NCBI GenBank assembly: GCA_965242965.1
Contig: OZ251518.1
Coordinates: 1,920,001 to 1,984,000 of the forward strand
Length of the DNA: 64,000 bases
Reading direction: 5' to 3'
Source: Candidatus Poribacteria bacterium
Lineage (GTDB): Bacteria; Poribacteria; WGA-4E; WGA-3G
Part shown: one piece after another, positions 33,302 through 42,547 of the stretch
Position numbering within the stretch: the stretch's first letter is position 1
Layout of the letters: every line of letters begins with the position of its first letter
Notes under the pieces: generated by a model
What the model was told of the DNA's origin: nothing
Database searches by the model: none
The model's input: only the letters and a program-made list of their open reading frames with translations
Made by a program: the position numbers and the translations under genes

Positions 33302-33639
33302 TTACCTCCTCTTTAACCACGCGTTATACTCGGCGTGCGTTAACACACGATCGCCACCTGCTGTCTGTCATAGTTTATCTTGGCAATCAGGCGGGTTTTG
33401 TTACCGCCAATGTTGAAGCCAGTGTAGTTGACTTCTTCCTTAAGGTGGCGTTTCTGTTGTGAAGAATAAACGAAATCTTCTCTTTTCACCAGATCGGCGT
33501 GCGGAAACACCTCCCGCACCTCGTTAAGCGACTGGAAATCTCTTTGCCGCACCAAATCACGCCAGCGGTGAAGTCCCGGCTTGCTGTTTGGATGTCTTTG
33601 TGCAAAGTCGTTGAGTTTTTCTTCAAAATGAATCTGCAT
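33302..33639 (-). pseudogene. higB: HigB-family toxin, copy 2, truncated by a 4-nt deletion
   Basis: Paralog of 34849..35190. ATCGATTATGTGTTA has become ATCGTGTGTTA, giving an early stop at 33340 and leaving LTHAEY out of frame (338 vs 342 nt). Confidence 0.8.
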
Positions 33640-33855
33640 TGGAAAACCAATTCTATTCAAAACGGTGCGATCGGATTACCGAGGCATGGCGAGGGACAAG
33701 CCCGCGCCCTACGTGCAGCGAAGTCACCGTAGCGCGGGGGCCTGTCCCCCGCGAGTTTTCGATAGACCGCAGCATGGCGAGGGCCTGTCCTCGCCCTACG
33801 GTGAAAGGGCGTTTCTCCTACCGTAGCGCGGGGGCCTGTCCCCCGCGGTCTCGCC

Positions 33856-34842
33856 CTACGCGCGGTTTTCTGCCTGCGCGATATCCCGATACCGTTGCAC
33901 TTCCACATCATCCGGCGAGCGTTGCAGCGTCTCCTCGTAATCCTGCAGCGCGGCTTTATACCGTTGCATCGCGAAGTTGGCATGCGCGCGGCCGAGGTAA
34001 GCATCAACATCATCCGGATTCCGTGCGAGGGCTGCATCGTAATCTCGGACAGCGGCGGTATAGTGCTGCAGGTGAAAGTGCGTCACGGCGCGATTGAAAT
34101 AGCCTTCACTACGTTCAGGTTTCAGGCGGATAGCCGCGTCATAATCATGAAGCGCGGCGGTGTAGTCGCCGAGGGCATAGTAGAGGCTGCCTCGGTTGCA
34201 GTGCGCCGCGGCGTAATCGGGTTTCAGGCGGATGGCGACATCGTAAGCGGCGATGGCGTTCTCGGCTTTTCCGATGTCCGTGAGGAGGGTGCCGAGTGAG
34301 AAAAAGGCATCGATGGCAATTTCTTCTTCCGTGGGGACATGGATGTCCTTATTTTTTTCATCCAACCGTGCGATGGCTGCTTCTATCTCGGGGTCTTCCT
34401 CATGTTCCAGTTCTAGGAGTTCGGGGAACAACTCTTCCAGAGTTGGAAACGTTGCTGCCTCATAAATCCGCATGAAGTCGGCGACACATACCTCTATGTC
34501 CGCTAAGGGACTGTCGAAATTGTCACCAGCCGCCCACATTAACTCCTCTAACATGCCAGAGAGTTGCTTGTATTCGTCCGCTGTGGCTGTGGAACGGCGC
34601 AGATCATCGGTGCGATTGGCGAGTTCGGTTAATAACTCTTGGATGCCGACGAGCCACGCGACGTAACTTTCCGCAGGTGCTATCTCTTCATCTGCGTGTT
34701 TCTCTTCCGGTAAGTCCTCGCTTTCAAGCGGTGTCTGCGGTGCTTGTCGCGGGATGAGCGGCTCCGGCAGGCTCATGCGGATGGACACAGGGAGCACCGG
34801 CACGGGTAAGCCAGTGGGCATCGCTTGTGTAGGCGTTAACAT
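33856..34842 (-). CDS. Putative antitoxin: HigA-like N-terminal segment fused to TPR repeats (copy 1)
   Basis: 6 nt downstream of higB, with its SD overlapping the toxin stop. EYKQLSGMLEELM..DSPLADIEVCVADFMRIYEAATFP followed by TPRs. Confidence 0.75.
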   Translation of the reverse strand: MLTPTQAMPTGLPVPVLPVSIRMSLPEPLIPRQAPQTPLESEDLPEEKHADEEIAPAESYVAWLVGIQELLTELANRTDDLRRSTATADEYKQLSGMLEELMWAAGDNFDSPLADIEVCVADFMRIYEAATFPTLEELFPELLELEHEEDPEIEAAIARLDEKNKDIHVPTEEEIAIDAFFSLGTLLTDIGKAENAIAAYDVAIRLKPDYAAAHCNRGSLYYALGDYTAALHDYDAAIRLKPERSEGYFNRAVTHFHLQHYTAAVRDYDAALARNPDDVDAYLGRAHANFAMQRYKAALQDYEETLQRSPDDVEVQRYRDIAQAENRA

Positions 34843-34848
34843 TGGGTT

Positions 34849-35190
34849 TTACCTCCTCTTTAACCACGCGGTATACTCGGCGTGCGTTAACACATAATCG
34901 ATCTCCACCCGCTGACTGGCATAGTGTATCCTGGCAATCAAGCGGGTTTTGTTACCGCCGATGTTGAAGACAGTGTAGCTGACTTCTTCCTTAACACCGC
35001 GGTTCTGTTCTTTAGGATAAACGAATCTTTCTCTTTTCACCAAATCGGCGTGCGGAAACATCGCACGCACCTCGTTAAGTGACCGGAAATTTTTTTGCCG
35101 CACCAAATCACGCCAGCGGTGAAGTGCCGGCTTGCTGTTTGGGTGTCTTTGTGCAAAATTGTTGAGTTTTTGTAGAGATGTAATCTGCAT
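34849..35190 (-). CDS. higB: HigB-family (RelE-like, HigB_toxin) mRNA interferase
   Basis: F.QRHP...L.RW, FPHADLV, TVFNIGGNK.RLIARIHY, VLTHAEY. Confidence 0.9.
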   Translation of the reverse strand: MQITSLQKLNNFAQRHPNSKPALHRWRDLVRQKNFRSLNEVRAMFPHADLVKRERFVYPKEQNRGVKEEVSYTVFNIGGNKTRLIARIHYASQRVEIDYVLTHAEYTAWLKRR

Positions 35191-35380
35191 CGGAAAACCA
35201 GTCCTATTCAAAACGGCGCGACGACGATTTAGCCGGCGATGCCCACTCGCAACACGACAGCAGACACTTAACACCGACACTTTAGTTAGGATACCACATC
35301 AAAACAGAATTTGCAAGCGAAAATTGCTTTTTTTCCCATTCCGTGTATAATAGAACAGAAACCCCCAACGCGGAGAAAAA

Positions 35381-37264
35381 ATGGAACAGCGGGAAACGAA
35401 ACTTGACATGCAACGCGCTGAAATACAAGGCGTATCCAAATGGATTTTTGAAATAGGCGCGGCATCCCTGGTCTTTTTCTATATCTATAGCGCGGGCTTT
35501 GGGACAGCGGCGGAACAATATCACCTTGGTTTTTACCTGATTGCCACCTACGCGCTCATCGGCATCTTCTACAAATGCCGCTCGCGCTCGCCTGCATCGC
35601 GGCCATCCCTCTTTGATATGTTGCTGGTTGGGATGAGCGTCCTCTCCATAGGCTATTGGATAGTCGAATACCCGAACCTTGCCAATCGGGCGGGTGCGTA
35701 TACGCGCACGGATATCGCGATGGGGGCACTTGCGCTGATGGCTAGCGTTGAGGTGAGCCGCCGCACCGTAGGATGGGGACTGCCTGTTATCGCCGCTGTC
35801 GGTATTTTATACGCGCTTTTCGGACGCGCCATGCCAGAAGCAATTGCACACAAAGGGTTTACACCGTGGCGGATTATTGAATACTGCTTCTTCAGCCAAG
35901 CCGGCATCTTCGGCATCATGGCGAACGTGATGGCAACTTACGTCATCCTCTTCATTTTTTTCGGGGCGTTTTTGGAGAAATCCGGCGTAGGACAGTTTTT
36001 TATCAACCTGCCGATGTCACTCGCCGGACGCTCTATCGGCGGCGCAGCGAAGGTTTCTGTCGTCACCTCCGGCTTCTTCGGCTCCGTCGCCGGCAGTGCC
36101 ATCGCAAACACGGTGACTACCGGCACGTTTACGATTCCGCTAATGAAGCGGACCGGATTCCGGCCACACGTCGCGGGCGCAGTGGAAGCATCAGCCTCCG
36201 TCGGTGGGCAATTCTTACCGCCTGTGATGGGCGCGGGCGCGTTTTTAATGGCGGAACGGACAGGATTGCCCTACAGCCAAATCGCGCTCATTTCCATTGT
36301 CCCGGCAATCCTCTATTTTCTCTCTGTCTGGATGATGGTGCATTTTGAAGCGAAGAAAGAGGGATTACAAAGCATTCCCGCCGCAGAGATACCCAAACTC
36401 TCCGTTCTCCTGAAAACAAATTGGTATTACCTGCTGCCCCTGCTCACCCTCATCGGAATGTTGATCGCCAAGCATACCGCCTACAACTCGGCGTTCTACG
36501 CAATCCTCGTTACGATAGGCGTGAGTTATTTTCGCCCAGAGACGCGGTTGACACCGAAGCGCATCTGGGAAGCGATGGTTACCGGTGCGAAAAATTCGCT
36601 TGCAATCGGCGGAGCCGTCGGCACTATCGGCATCATCGTCGCCGTTATCGATTTGACAGGTTTAGGTAGGATTTTTCCGGATTTGGTGTTATCTGTCGCC
36701 GGCGATAGCCGCTTTATCGCCGTATTGCTGCTCGCCGCCGCGTCGCTAGTTTTAGGAATGGGCATCCCCGTCACCGCCGCCTACCTCATCACCTCTGAAC
36801 TCGCCGTGCCGATTTTGACGAACCCAGAACTCGGCGTGTCCGTTATCGCCGCGCACCTCATTATCTTCTGGCTGAGCCAAGATTCTAACATCACACCGCC
36901 GGTTGCGCTCGGTGCCTATGCCGGTGCCGCTATTGCTCGGGCAGACCCGTGGCAAACCGGTTGGACCTGCTTCAAATTCGCTAAACTCCTATACGTGATG
37001 CCGTTGCTGTTCGCCTACACGCACATCTTGCTTGAGGGCACGCTGACCCAAAATGTGTTATCCGTGGCGACGGCTGTCGTGGGGACGCTCGTTTTTTCGA
37101 TGGTGACGATGGGCTATTTCGTGCGCAAAACGCGGTGGTATGAGTGGATCTTGCTTGCCTTGGCGGCGTTCCTCGCGTATGTCTACAATATCTGGGCATT
37201 CGTCATCGCGCTGGCGATAGTTGCGTTTGTCTATTTTATGCAAAAACGGGAGGCGATGTCCTAA
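35381..37264 (+). CDS. TRAP transporter fused permease (4TM/12TM, TAXI-associated type)
   Basis: GSAIANTVTTGTFTIPLMK, EASASVGGQFLPPVMGAGAF, LGMGIP.TAAY, ITPPVAL. TTGCTT-16-TATAAT promoter at 35324-35351. Confidence 0.93.
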   Translation: MEQRETKLDMQRAEIQGVSKWIFEIGAASLVFFYIYSAGFGTAAEQYHLGFYLIATYALIGIFYKCRSRSPASRPSLFDMLLVGMSVLSIGYWIVEYPNLANRAGAYTRTDIAMGALALMASVEVSRRTVGWGLPVIAAVGILYALFGRAMPEAIAHKGFTPWRIIEYCFFSQAGIFGIMANVMATYVILFIFFGAFLEKSGVGQFFINLPMSLAGRSIGGAAKVSVVTSGFFGSVAGSAIANTVTTGTFTIPLMKRTGFRPHVAGAVEASASVGGQFLPPVMGAGAFLMAERTGLPYSQIALISIVPAILYFLSVWMMVHFEAKKEGLQSIPAAEIPKLSVLLKTNWYYLLPLLTLIGMLIAKHTAYNSAFYAILVTIGVSYFRPETRLTPKRIWEAMVTGAKNSLAIGGAVGTIGIIVAVIDLTGLGRIFPDLVLSVAGDSRFIAVLLLAAASLVLGMGIPVTAAYLITSELAVPILTNPELGVSVIAAHLIIFWLSQDSNITPPVALGAYAGAAIARADPWQTGWTCFKFAKLLYVMPLLFAYTHILLEGTLTQNVLSVATAVVGTLVFSMVTMGYFVRKTRWYEWILLALAAFLAYVYNIWAFVIALAIVAFVYFMQKREAMS

Positions 37265-37630
37265 ATCAAGCATCGAGACCGGGCGGTCTCAATTTTCCCG
37301 TAGCGCGGGGGCCCTCGGATGCCACACGCGCATCCGAGCGGGTTTCCCCCGCGAGCGTTGGAGAACCGTTATTTTTATCGTAGCGCGGGGGCCTGTCCCC
37401 CGCGATCTCCATCGTCAAGAGATGGCGTTTTAGGTCCTTTAGGACCTGAAGAGAACAAGAGACGTTTTTTTCGGAGATCGAACGATGGCGAGGGACAGGC
37501 CCTCGCCCTACGGTGAAGGAGAGGCGGCCTCGACACCCGTAGCGCGGGGGCCTGGCCCCCGCGATCGTTGGAGTGCGCGGACAATGACGAGGGACAGGTT
37601 TTCCTATTGCATCGCAACCCGAGGTCTCTC

Positions 37631-38518
37631 CTACCGGGGCCTGCCATCAAACGCTTTACGCAAATACAAAAGAATATCCTCAGCGGCGCGACGAGAGACA
37701 CGCGCGTTGAATGCCACAGCCGCCCTTTCCGCACGATAATAATTACCTTGATAATAACGCAGAAACAGCGCGGTTGCCCACAAAACCGCATCCATGTAAT
37801 GTCCATCAAGTGCCGCGTCAACGGTGGCAAAACCTAGCGCGCCGTTTAGCACGAAAGCGTTGAGTCCATCGCGCCAATTGCCGACATAGACTTGTCCCGC
37901 ACCGGGTAAGATTACCGACAAGATTTTCGCAAGTCTCATCGATTTCCGCGGTGCATTGAGTGCCGCATCAAAGTGCGCGTCAAGTTCTGTCAAACCTAAG
38001 TGAGTAGGCAAGGTTTTTAACCCCGCATAATTTTTCAGGGCAGCGCGCGCTTCTTCCCATCGGAATTGGTAGAGATACGCAACGCCTTGCAAAAACAGCG
38101 CGCGCCGATACTGCGCCTCCGAAGGGTTTTGCATCGTGACTTTAAGCAACGCCAATAATCCCATGTCATAGTTTTTCCCGGCGATGTGCGTCACGGCGAG
38201 TGCCAGTTGCAGTTCAATTTTCGTTGTCTTATCGGGAGTGCGTTGGATAGCCGTGCGCATCGCGGCGACTGCCTCTTCCCACATCCCTTGTTCGCGATAG
38301 GCGAGCCCGATGTTGCGGTATGCCTTCCCCGCGCGCGTGTCATCGGGATGGAAGAAGAGGAACCGTTTATACTCGGTGATGGCGGCATCGTAATTGCCCA
38401 AGGCGAAGAAGTGATCGCCTAAGAACAGAGGCATCTCGTCAGCGGCGGCGGTGAAGATGAAACCGAAGAGGGTTAGAAACAGGGAGAAGGCGATTCGCTT
38501 GAAAAGCATTTTTGGCAC
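37631..38518 (-). CDS. TPR protein with C-terminal hydrophobic LS.ILPGAGQ.Y domain
   Basis: Signal peptide, AITEYKRFLFF TPR. Paralogous to 40823..41743. TTGACA-17-TACCAT promoter at 38597-38625. Confidence 0.8.
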   Translation of the reverse strand: MPKMLFKRIAFSLFLTLFGFIFTAAADEMPLFLGDHFFALGNYDAAITEYKRFLFFHPDDTRAGKAYRNIGLAYREQGMWEEAVAAMRTAIQRTPDKTTKIELQLALAVTHIAGKNYDMGLLALLKVTMQNPSEAQYRRALFLQGVAYLYQFRWEEARAALKNYAGLKTLPTHLGLTELDAHFDAALNAPRKSMRLAKILSVILPGAGQVYVGNWRDGLNAFVLNGALGFATVDAALDGHYMDAVLWATALFLRYYQGNYYRAERAAVAFNARVSRRAAEDILLYLRKAFDGRPR

Positions 38519-38934
38519 TATATTTCCTCAATGTGTATTGGTAAAAAAACGATTCGGTTGCTAAAGATGCATTCGTTTGCATTCCACGCGAAATTAATGG
38601 TATCATAATTCTATTGTGATGTCAATTTTTTTTGAAAATCCCGATATGCGTCTTGGTAGGCGGGACATCCTTGTCCCGATAGGTTTGCGGGTAGGAGGGA
38701 CATCCTTGTCCCGATACGCCTCGGGGTAGGAGGGACATCCTTGTCCCGATACGGTATTGCATCGAGACCGGGAGGGCTCTCCTACCGGGCCCTCCCCATT
38801 CTGTAGTTTGCGATCGCCTGATCGCAAACGGGTCAGGATCAGGCGATCCTGACCTACAAGCGGATGCAGGTATTGCATCGAGACCAGGAGGTCTCTCCTA
38901 CTGAAACACTCTGAAAATAGACAAAGGAGAATAA

Positions 38935-39555
38935 ATGAAAAAACCGCCGTTTTTGGAGAGAGAGGCTTTAGTCAGCAAACGCCTCCAAAGCCTTTTTCAT
39001 TACCAAAAGTCCAGGCCCGAAGAGTTCACCGACGTTGAACTTACGCGATTGACACCGTTCCATCGCGCCCTGCTTGCCACTGATGGCACCGTCACGCGCT
39101 TTATCGAAAACTACACGCTGTCACCGGTAGAAATTACGCTGCTGCATCAAGAAGAACAAACGTTACCCGACGGCCATATTTGGCTGGAACTGCCATGTGG
39201 TGAGAAAATTGTCTATCGGGAAGTGCTGTTGCAAACGCCGCCTATGGACGGACAACCGCAGCGTATCCATGCCTACGCGGTATCCGAGATTCTCCCAGAC
39301 CGCCTGCCAAAACGTCTTTGGGATGGGGTAACCTCTGGGAGACAAGGGTTGGGCAGACTTTTGTTAAGGAGTCGGCTGGAGACCCGGCGTGAGTTGTTAT
39401 GGTGGGGTGTTGAACGGGAGATTCGTTTGCCGGCTGCCATTAAACATCTGGAAACCGAGGCGTTCCTCAGCCGTGCCTATCGGATAGTCGCCGATGGGCT
39501 GCCGTTGATGCTAATTACGGAGAAGTTTCCATTGGAGGCATCTGTCCTAGAGTAG
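38935..39555 (+). CDS. Chorismate pyruvate-lyase (UbiC/DUF98-like) family protein
   Basis: LLATDGTVTRFIE, REVLL, YAVSEI, LGRLL..RLETRRE, SRAYRI, LITEKFP. Confidence 0.8.
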   Translation: MKKPPFLEREALVSKRLQSLFHYQKSRPEEFTDVELTRLTPFHRALLATDGTVTRFIENYTLSPVEITLLHQEEQTLPDGHIWLELPCGEKIVYREVLLQTPPMDGQPQRIHAYAVSEILPDRLPKRLWDGVTSGRQGLGRLLLRSRLETRRELLWWGVEREIRLPAAIKHLETEAFLSRAYRIVADGLPLMLITEKFPLEASVLE

Positions 39556-40007
39556 GCGGGACATCCTTGTCCCGATATGCGTTGGGTAGGCGGGACATCC
39601 TTGTCCCGATACCGAACCTGTTGAGACCGGGAGGTCTCTCCTACCGGGCACGCATCGGGCCCACCTCTGTAGTTTGCGATCGCCTGATCGCAAACGGGTC
39701 AAGATCAGCGTGGCGATCGAACGCTGGCGAGGGAAACCCGCTCGCATGCGCGTGTGGCATGCGAGGGCCCAAGCCCTACGTGAAGGGACGGCGTTTTTCC
39801 ACCGTAGCGCGGGGGCCTGTCCCCCGCGATCGTTGGAGTGCGCGAGCGATGGCGAGGGACAGGCCCTCGCCCTACGTGAAGGGACAGCATTTTTTCATCG
39901 CAGCGCGGGCCCTGTCCCCCGCGACATGGCGAGGGACAGGCCCTCGCCCTACGGTGAGGGGGGATTTTCGCCGCCCTATTGCATCGAGACCAGGAGGTCT
40001 CGCCTAC
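39552..40007. repeat. GTAG palindrome array
   Basis: Families A-E. The first unit supplies the stop of the DUF98 gene. Confidence 0.88.
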
Positions 40008-40066
40008 GGGGACATCATTGAGACGAGGAAATTATTTCTGACGATATCCAAAAGGAGAAAATTATA

Positions 40067-40843
40067 ATGCGACATATCATTTATGGGTTGGTTATCTGCC
40101 TGATGTTGATAATTGGTGCATGCCTGCTCAGCCATGCACAAGATGAACACACCGTCGCCCTCTACGCCTTTGAGACAGGCAACGGGAAAGTTGTCAAAGA
40201 TCTTTCAGGAAACGGAAACGACTGCACCCTCATGGGACCGAAGTGGGGAGAAGGCAATCCGGGTGGTGGCCTCGTCTTCGGCGGGAATGCTCCCAGGGAC
40301 TTCGTTGAGGTACCGGATAGCGACAGCCTCGATTTGGTTGAAGGGCTCACCGTGGAGATGTGGATTTATCTCAACGCCTGGTCTACTGCAGGCGGGACAG
40401 GTGCTACAAAAGAGCTCGCCTATAAAGTCGGTCCGCGAAGTGACAAAAAGGTGCTGATCCGCATGACGACAACCGCTAATGCCTGGGGTGCCGCTGTTGT
40501 TGCAGGCAAAACAGAACTACCGCTGAAAGAATGGGTGCATATTGCCGGCACCTACGATGCCAAGTCGGGGGTCGGAAAGATTTACGTCAACGCGGTTCTA
40601 GATGGCGAGGGCAAAATTGGCGGAGACCTTGTCCCGAACAACGATGTCCTGTGGCTCGGCCGCGGGGCGGGCCCGTTTTTAGATGGCCGCATGGACGAGG
40701 TGCGGATTTCCAACATCGCACGCACGCAACAGGAAATCCAAACCTTGATGGACAAACGCATCAAAGGCGTGCTGGCTGTCAATCCAAAGGATAAATTGAC
40801 GACGACGTGGGGCGATCTGAAATCAAAACGGCAATTCAATTGA
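40067..40843 (+). CDS. Secreted LamG domain protein with C-terminal VNPKDKLTTTWGDLK motif
   Basis: Signal peptide, DLSGNGND, WVHIAGTYD, GRMDEVRIS. Confidence 0.88.
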   Translation: MRHIIYGLVICLMLIIGACLLSHAQDEHTVALYAFETGNGKVVKDLSGNGNDCTLMGPKWGEGNPGGGLVFGGNAPRDFVEVPDSDSLDLVEGLTVEMWIYLNAWSTAGGTGATKELAYKVGPRSDKKVLIRMTTTANAWGAAVVAGKTELPLKEWVHIAGTYDAKSGVGKIYVNAVLDGEGKIGGDLVPNNDVLWLGRGAGPFLDGRMDEVRISNIARTQQEIQTLMDKRIKGVLAVNPKDKLTTTWGDLKSKRQFN

Positions 40844-41743
40844 CAACGTCGATAGGAATTCGTTTTCTACCGTGCGATTGTAAACGCGCGCAGAAATGAC
40901 AGAACCATAGATATTACCCAGATAGAAAGCCCCACCGATAGTGCCAAAAGTCCACCCTTTCACCGATGTGATGCCATCGCGGTTGAAGCCGTCGTAAGCC
41001 TGCCAGCCAGTGAATCCGACGATGATAAGACTGGCGATGGCATCACCGGTGCGGCCAGTGTAAAACCTTCCAGCTCCCGGCAACACCGTCGATAGGAATC
41101 CGGCGAGAAAAGGGTTTCGGTTGGGGAGATTCGCGCCTTGCACCGCGTACTGGCGATACATTGCCGCTTTGTCCGTGACACTTGCCACCGCCGATGCCTG
41201 CAGTGCCATGAAAACCTCATCAGCCTCGCGCCACTGCTTTTGCATCAGATAGGCGAGGCCGATGAGTTGTTTGGCTTCGGTGTGTAGCCTCGCGTCCGTG
41301 ATGCGCGGTAACGTCTTTTGCAAAAACTGCACTGCGTCCGAAAACTGCTCCATCAAAAAATAGGAGACACCGAGTTGATAATAAGCACGACTCGCGAACG
41401 GGCTTTGCGGATGCTTTTGCAAAAGTGTCTCAAAGGTATCAATTGCCAGCATCGGTTCCCCACCCAAACGATAGCAGAGGGCAATTTTATAGTGGATAGC
41501 CTCTCGCGCATTCTGCTCCGTGGTTTGGCTTTCTGGGGTTTGGCTTTCTTCAGCAGACATGTTTTCCAAACGCGCGTAATAGAGATACCGCTGATATTCA
41601 CTCGCCGCCCGCAGATAATCGCCTTCCTCAAACAGAAAATCGGCAAATTGCAGGACATTTTCGGGGCTGTAATAGTCCACCCGCGCCGATGCCACACTCG
41701 CGAACATGACGAAAATCAGCAACGCAAACTTAAAAAGTCGCAT
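40823..41743 (-). CDS. TPR protein with C-terminal LSTVLPGAGRFY membrane domain
   Basis: Signal peptide, FADFLFEEGDYLRAASEYQRY. Overlaps the upstream YidD-like gene. Confidence 0.8.
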   Translation of the reverse strand: MRLFKFALLIFVMFASVASARVDYYSPENVLQFADFLFEEGDYLRAASEYQRYLYYARLENMSAEESQTPESQTTEQNAREAIHYKIALCYRLGGEPMLAIDTFETLLQKHPQSPFASRAYYQLGVSYFLMEQFSDAVQFLQKTLPRITDARLHTEAKQLIGLAYLMQKQWREADEVFMALQASAVASVTDKAAMYRQYAVQGANLPNRNPFLAGFLSTVLPGAGRFYTGRTGDAIASLIIVGFTGWQAYDGFNRDGITSVKGWTFGTIGGAFYLGNIYGSVISARVYNRTVENEFLSTLSIELPF

Positions 41744-42152
41744 AATCTGAAACCATATCCACATATTTGCCTGTCACGGCATCTTTATGATAATGCGCCG
41801 CTTGCGAACCGTTGCATCGGAGGAGCCTATCCGCCGTGAGTAGAATGCCTCTTATCACGCCGTATTCTTGGATGCATGCCATCCCAAAGCGCGAACAGGT
41901 GGGGTGGAAATTGCACGCCGGTTTGTCTTGACTGGAGATGAATTTCTGATAGAGCCGAATGAGTCCGGTGGCGGCTAACTTCAACTCCGAGATTTCGCGC
42001 GGGTCCAAGCGAGGTGTCTCTTTCGGTTGAGGCGTTCGGTTTTCAGCAAGCATCGAGTTTACTTTGCGGATGAAACCCAGGTCTGCCGCTTCATCGGCAA
42101 TTGCCGGCGAAACGAGGATGATTGCCATCAGCAGCGAAAAATAATTTACCAT
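41730..42152 (-). CDS. YidD-like (membrane protein insertion efficiency factor family) protein with N-terminal signal peptide
   Basis: LIRLYQKFISSQD..CNFHPTCS..G...DRLLRC. Confidence 0.85.
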   Translation of the reverse strand: MVNYFSLLMAIILVSPAIADEAADLGFIRKVNSMLAENRTPQPKETPRLDPREISELKLAATGLIRLYQKFISSQDKPACNFHPTCSRFGMACIQEYGVIRGILLTADRLLRCNGSQAAHYHKDAVTGKYVDMVSDYATF

Positions 42153-42184
42153 CTGATTTCCTTGATTTTCACGGAGCGCGAGGC

Positions 42185-42505
42185 ATGGCGAGGGAAACCC
42201 GCTCGCATGCGCGTATGGCATCCGAGGGCCCAAGCCCTACGATGAAGGGAGGCGGCCTTGACACCCGTAGCGCGGGGGCCTGTCCCCCGCGAGCGTTGGA
42301 GTGCGCGGACGCTGGCGAGGGAAACCCGCTCGGATGCGCGTGGGGCATCCGAGGGCCCAAGCCCTACGATGAAGGGAGGCGGCCTTGACACCCGTAGCGC
42401 GGGGGCCTGTCCCCCGCGAGCGTTGGAGTGCGCGGAACGCTGGCGAGGGAAACCCGCTCGGATGCGCGTGGGGCATCCGAGGGCCCAAGCCCTACGATGA
42501 AGGGG
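42185..42505. repeat. Tandem ~128-bp higher-order repeat built of E- and A-type palindromes
   Basis: Three E-type units alternating with two A-type units, with near-identical linkers. Confidence 0.88.
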
Positions 42506-42547
42506 AACATTCTGCCGCCCTATTGCATCAAAACCTCCCGGTCCCTC

